Assembly: GCF_000009045.1 (NCBI RefSeq)
Contig: NC_000964.3
Location: 390,001 to 422,000 of the forward strand
From: Bacillus subtilis subsp. subtilis str. 168
GTDB taxonomy: Bacteria > Bacillota > Bacilli > Bacillales > Bacillaceae
Length of the DNA: 32,000 nucleotides
Direction of reading: 5' to 3'
Shown: in pieces, positions 30,110 to 32,000 of the stretch
Numbering within the stretch: the first letter of the stretch is position 1
Layout: each line of letters opens with the position of its first letter
Translations under genes and position numbers: made by a program
Notes under the pieces: model-generated
The model's input: the letters and a program-made list of their open reading frames with translations, nothing else
Databases searched by the model: none
Told to the model about the DNA's origin: nothing

Positions 30110-31744
30110 ATGCCTTTATTTTCTAAGCGAAAGAACAATACCGATTCAAAAGACAAGCAGAATACAGACGAAAGGAATCAGGAACAGCAGCAAGAAAAAG
30201 AAAGGCCGGTTCTCATTTCTCCAAGTTTAGCAAAGAATATAGCGGAAACGAAAAAGGAAGTCGGAAGCAGCTCTGACGTCATCATTCGCGAGATTAAAAT
30301 CGGGGAGCAGGATCATGTCCACCTAGCTGTTATCTATATTTCTGGGCTGGTCGATAATAACACGATCCATGAGTCGTTAATTGACCCATTGGTACAGGAT
30401 GAGTCTATCCAGAATACTCATGCGATCCAGCAAATTCTTGAAAAAACGCTCCCGCTGGGCGGGGTGAAAGCGGAAAAGAGCTGGGACAAGCTTTTTTCCG
30501 AGTTAATGCTTGGCAATGCGCTCATTTTTGCTGATGGCCATGATGAAGCTTTGATTTGCAGCACTCAAGGGGGAGAGCAGCGCTCCATCCAAGAGCCGAG
30601 CACCCAGGTGTCATTCCGCGGCCCGCGCCAAGGGTTTACAGAGTCTCTGCAAACCAATATTTCCATGATCCGGCGATACATTAAAAATCCGAATTTATGG
30701 GTTGAAAAAATGAAAAAAGGTTCTGTTACGAATACGGATATCGCTCTCATGTACATTCAAGGAATATGTGATGAAAAGGTGCTGAAGGAAGTGAAACAGC
30801 GCCTGGAAAAAATAGATATTGACAGTATTTTGGAATCTGGATATATTGAGCAGCTGATTGAAGATGAAACCTTTACGACGTTTCCGACTATGTATCATAC
30901 AGAACGCCCTGATGTTGTAGCGGGTAATCTGTTAGAAGGAAGATTCGCGATTATTGTGGACGGAACACCGTTTGTGCTTATTGCCCCAGCCTTATTTGTC
31001 CAGTTTTTTCAGTCTGTTGAGGATTATTATTCGCGTTTTGACATTGCGACAAGCATAAGAATTCTTCGTGTTTTAGTCTTTTTCATTTCGCTTGTGGCAC
31101 CAGCTGTATACGTGGCAGCCACGACGTTTCATCAAGAAATGATACCGACTCAGCTGTTAGTGGTCATTGCGGCCCAGCGGGAAATTGTCCCGTTTCCGGC
31201 TGTTGTGGAGGCGCTGACGATGGAGGTTGCTTTTGAGATTCTGAGGGAAGCGGGAGTCAGGCTGCCCCGGGTTGTCGGCTCGGCAGTGTCAATCGTAGGC
31301 GCGCTCGTAATCGGCCAGGCTGCCGTACAGGCTGGTATCGTCTCTCCGGCAATGGTGATTATCGTGGCACTCACCGCGATTGCGAGCTTCGCAACACCGG
31401 CGTTTGCAATGGCGATTTCAGCCCGGCTTATTCGGTTTATCTTTATTATTGCCTCAGCTGTTATGGGTTTTTACGGGCTGATTTTAGGGATCATTATGAT
31501 GTTTGTCCACTTATGCAGTCTTCGTTCATTCGGCGTTCCATATATGTCGCCGCTTGCACCTTTTTCTTCACAAGGCGTAAAGGACGCGCTTTTCCGGGTT
31601 CCGTGGTGGGCCGATGAAAAAAGGCCGGAATCGGTCAGCAAGGAAGATAAGGTGCGGCAGGGGAAAGATCAACGCCCAGAGCCGGCCGCTTCACGAGGAA
31701 TGGTGAACAAAGATTTGGAAGAAGGGGATCAGAATGGTACGTAA
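30110..31744 (+). CDS. gerKA: Spore germinant receptor subunit A (GerA family)
   Basis: 544 aa from ATG 30110. It has a charged N-terminal tail, the conserved GerA-family core (..IRRYIKNPNLWVE.., ..PFPAVVEALTMEVAFEILREAG..) and C-terminal TM helices. The track start at 30104 is a TTG two codons upstream. Confidence 0.92.
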   Translation: MPLFSKRKNNTDSKDKQNTDERNQEQQQEKERPVLISPSLAKNIAETKKEVGSSSDVIIREIKIGEQDHVHLAVIYISGLVDNNTIHESLIDPLVQDESIQNTHAIQQILEKTLPLGGVKAEKSWDKLFSELMLGNALIFADGHDEALICSTQGGEQRSIQEPSTQVSFRGPRQGFTESLQTNISMIRRYIKNPNLWVEKMKKGSVTNTDIALMYIQGICDEKVLKEVKQRLEKIDIDSILESGYIEQLIEDETFTTFPTMYHTERPDVVAGNLLEGRFAIIVDGTPFVLIAPALFVQFFQSVEDYYSRFDIATSIRILRVLVFFISLVAPAVYVAATTFHQEMIPTQLLVVIAAQREIVPFPAVVEALTMEVAFEILREAGVRLPRVVGSAVSIVGALVIGQAAVQAGIVSPAMVIIVALTAIASFATPAFAMAISARLIRFIFIIASAVMGFYGLILGIIMMFVHLCSLRSFGVPYMSPLAPFSSQGVKDALFRVPWWADEKRPESVSKEDKVRQGKDQRPEPAASRGMVNKDLEEGDQNGT

Positions 31745-32000
31745 ATGTCTATTAGCCGTTCTCATGCTTTTGAGCGTCATTGTGCTGCCCGGCTGCTGGG
31801 ATAAGCGGGAGCTGACGGATCTTGCGATTATCTCGGCGATTGGCATCGATCGGACAAACGACAGCAACTACGTGCTGCATCTTCAAATTATCAATCCAGG
31901 AAATGTTGCCGGCGGCCTTCAGGGAGGCGGTGCTGGAGACAGGCCGCCTGTATCTGTCTATTCGATTGAAGGTAACAATATAACGGAAGCACTCAGAAAA
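31734..32000 (+). CDS. gerKC: Spore germinant receptor subunit C lipoprotein, 3'-truncated by the window edge
   Basis: ATG 31734 overlaps the gerKA end by 11 nt. MVRKCLLAVLMLLSVIVLPGCWDKRELTDLAII carries lipobox LPGC and the CWD(K/R)RE motif typical of GerxC proteins. The frame is open to nt 32000. It is absent from the ORF track because no stop lies in the window. Confidence 0.88.
   Translation, partial: MVRKCLLAVLMLLSVIVLPGCWDKRELTDLAIISAIGIDRTNDSNYVLHLQIINPGNVAGGLQGGGAGDRPPVSVYSIEGNNITEALRK

Noticed and set aside
1-32000. A search for CRISPR arrays, IS or transposase genes, integrases, tRNA or rRNA genes, and defence-system gene clusters.
   Set aside because: I found no short direct-repeat/spacer arrays, no transposase- or recombinase-like ORFs, no cloverleaf-capable conserved tRNA motifs, and no nuclease, helicase or methylase clusters. 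All large ORFs are accounted for by metabolic, transport, NRPS and germination genes.

Overview
This window matches the Bacillus subtilis 168-type chromosome from the srfA operon to gerK. It holds about 27 genes and no rRNA, tRNA, CRISPR, IS or prophage content.

Gene order:
- 3' 8.5 kb of the NRPS gene srfAB (+), with the 46-codon competence gene comS overprinted out of frame
- srfAC, srfAD (type II thioesterase) and the MFS gene ycxA (+)
- ycxB and ycxC (-)
- MocR-type regulator ycxD (+)
- a frameshifted sfp phosphopantetheinyl-transferase pseudogene (-), whose 3' end overlaps ycxD
- yczE (-)
- cystine ABC transporter tcyC-tcyB-tcyA (-)
- LysR regulator bsdA (-), divergent from the UbiX/UbiD-type phenolic-acid decarboxylase operon bsdB-bsdC-bsdD-yclD (+)
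- hydrolase yclE (+)
- POT peptide transporter dtpT/yclF (-)
- beta-helix protein yclG (+)
- small membrane protein yczF (-)
- germinant-receptor genes gerKA and the 5' end of gerKC (+)

The ORF track uses the longest ATG/GTG/TTG start, so several starts were moved downstream on Shine-Dalgarno spacing.

The two most striking signals are already described biology: comS hidden in the +1 frame of srfAB, and the single-base frameshift that kills sfp next to an intact surfactin synthetase. I see no defence island or clear undescribed multigene system.

The least-explained items are:
1. the 320-bp yczE-tcyC gap, which is packed with mutually exclusive helices
2. the signal-less, roughly 19-coil beta-helix protein YclG
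3. the apparent translational coupling of yclD to the prenyl-FMN decarboxylase genes
4. a repeat/palindrome operator candidate between ycxC and ycxD
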